A DNA stretch of 34,642 nucleotides from Chiloscyllium plagiosum (taxonomy: Eukaryota), in the NCBI RefSeq assembly GCF_004010195.1, contig NC_057720.1, positions 12,817,765 through 12,852,406 on the forward strand, in the 5' to 3' direction. The notes under the pieces are model-generated. The model was not told where the DNA came from. It worked only from the letters and a program-made list of their open reading frames with translations, and did not search any database. Shown here one piece after another: positions 34,051 through 34,642 of this stretch. The stretch's first letter is position 1, and each line of letters opens with the position of its first letter. The position numbers were made by a program, and so were the translations under genes.

Positions 34051-34246
34051 CATTGTGGTCGTACTTCTCGGTCCACTCCCAATCAGAGTCCGATTGGTGA
34101 CATGACCACGGAAAACCGAATTGACAGAGTTGACGAAACTAGACTTGCCTCCTCCAACTGGCCCAATTAGTAAAACCCGTGCCTTTGAGACAGAGCTCAC
34201 ATATGGTTGATACTCCATGATGAATTTCAGCAGTTCTTGCTTGCTC
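34051..34246 (-). CDS. IFI44L: IFI44/IFI44L-like gene, internal coding exon with P-loop (G1); gene is 5'-partial in this window
   Basis: Acceptor tcttttgctaacAG and donor ATG|GTAAAT; 196 bp. Reads SKQELLKFIMEYQPYVSSVSKARVLLIGPVGGGKSSFVNSVNSVFRGHVTNRTLIGSGPRSTTTM, the IFI44-family 'RxLLxGPVGxGKSSFxNSVxSVFxGHVT' signature. The symbol is family-level; orthology is not established. Confidence 0.93.
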
Positions 34247-34454
34247 CTGTTAGCAAAAGAAGTGGAGTTCAGGATTTAACGGCTCAAACAACAGATCTCC
34301 CTGAGTATTGCTCATGGTGGGTTGGAAGATAATGATAGAGCATTATTATAGTGTGGCAGGTTTTAACCATTTTTACTCTGGGCCAAAGGCATAATGCCAA
34401 ATCTTATTTGAGGCCCAAATCTTACGCACATTCCACCATTTAACTGCAGTTGCC

Positions 34455-34642
34455 AAGTTCAACCCTGTCAAGTGTGAGGTTGTCCATTTTGGAAGGACAA
34501 ATAAGAATGCAGAATACAGGGTTAACAGTAGGGTTCTTAGTAAGGTGGAGGAGCAGAGGGATCTTGGGGTCTATGTTCATAGATGTTTGAAAGTTGCCAC
34601 TCAGGTGGATAGAGTTTGTAAGAAGGCCTATGGTGTATTAGC
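34455..34642 (+). mobile_element. Young CR1 fragment running off the window edge
   Basis: Closely matches 18195-18354 (FNP.KCEVVHFG.TNKNAEYRVN). Confidence 0.85.

Overview
Eukaryotic, repeat-dense vertebrate DNA. The repeat set (CR1 LINEs, HE1/V-type tRNA SINEs, Penelope-like elements) points to a shark or other elasmobranch; that assignment is my inference. The only host gene I can support is an interferon-induced IFI44/IFI44L-family P-loop GTPase. Five spliced minus-strand coding exons (34246-34051, 32119-31979, 31530-31368, 25798-25698, 24472-24308) join in frame, and the 5' part lies beyond the right edge. A near-identical copy of the terminal exon sits on the plus strand at 366-530. The two copies face each other tail-to-tail because about 111-8600 and about 12230-24727 form a large imperfect inverted duplication around a ~3.6 kb spacer. 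Identity between the arms is patchy and several transposon insertions are arm-specific. The window also holds many Penelope-like fragments with 12-17 bp target-site duplications (TSDs), fold-back structure and minimal hammerhead ribozyme motifs. Other features are a 651-bp solo LTR, a templated local insertion and a perfect 87-bp intronic inverted duplication. All alignments were done by eye, so identities and most TE boundaries are approximate. Three assembly gaps lie inside TEs.
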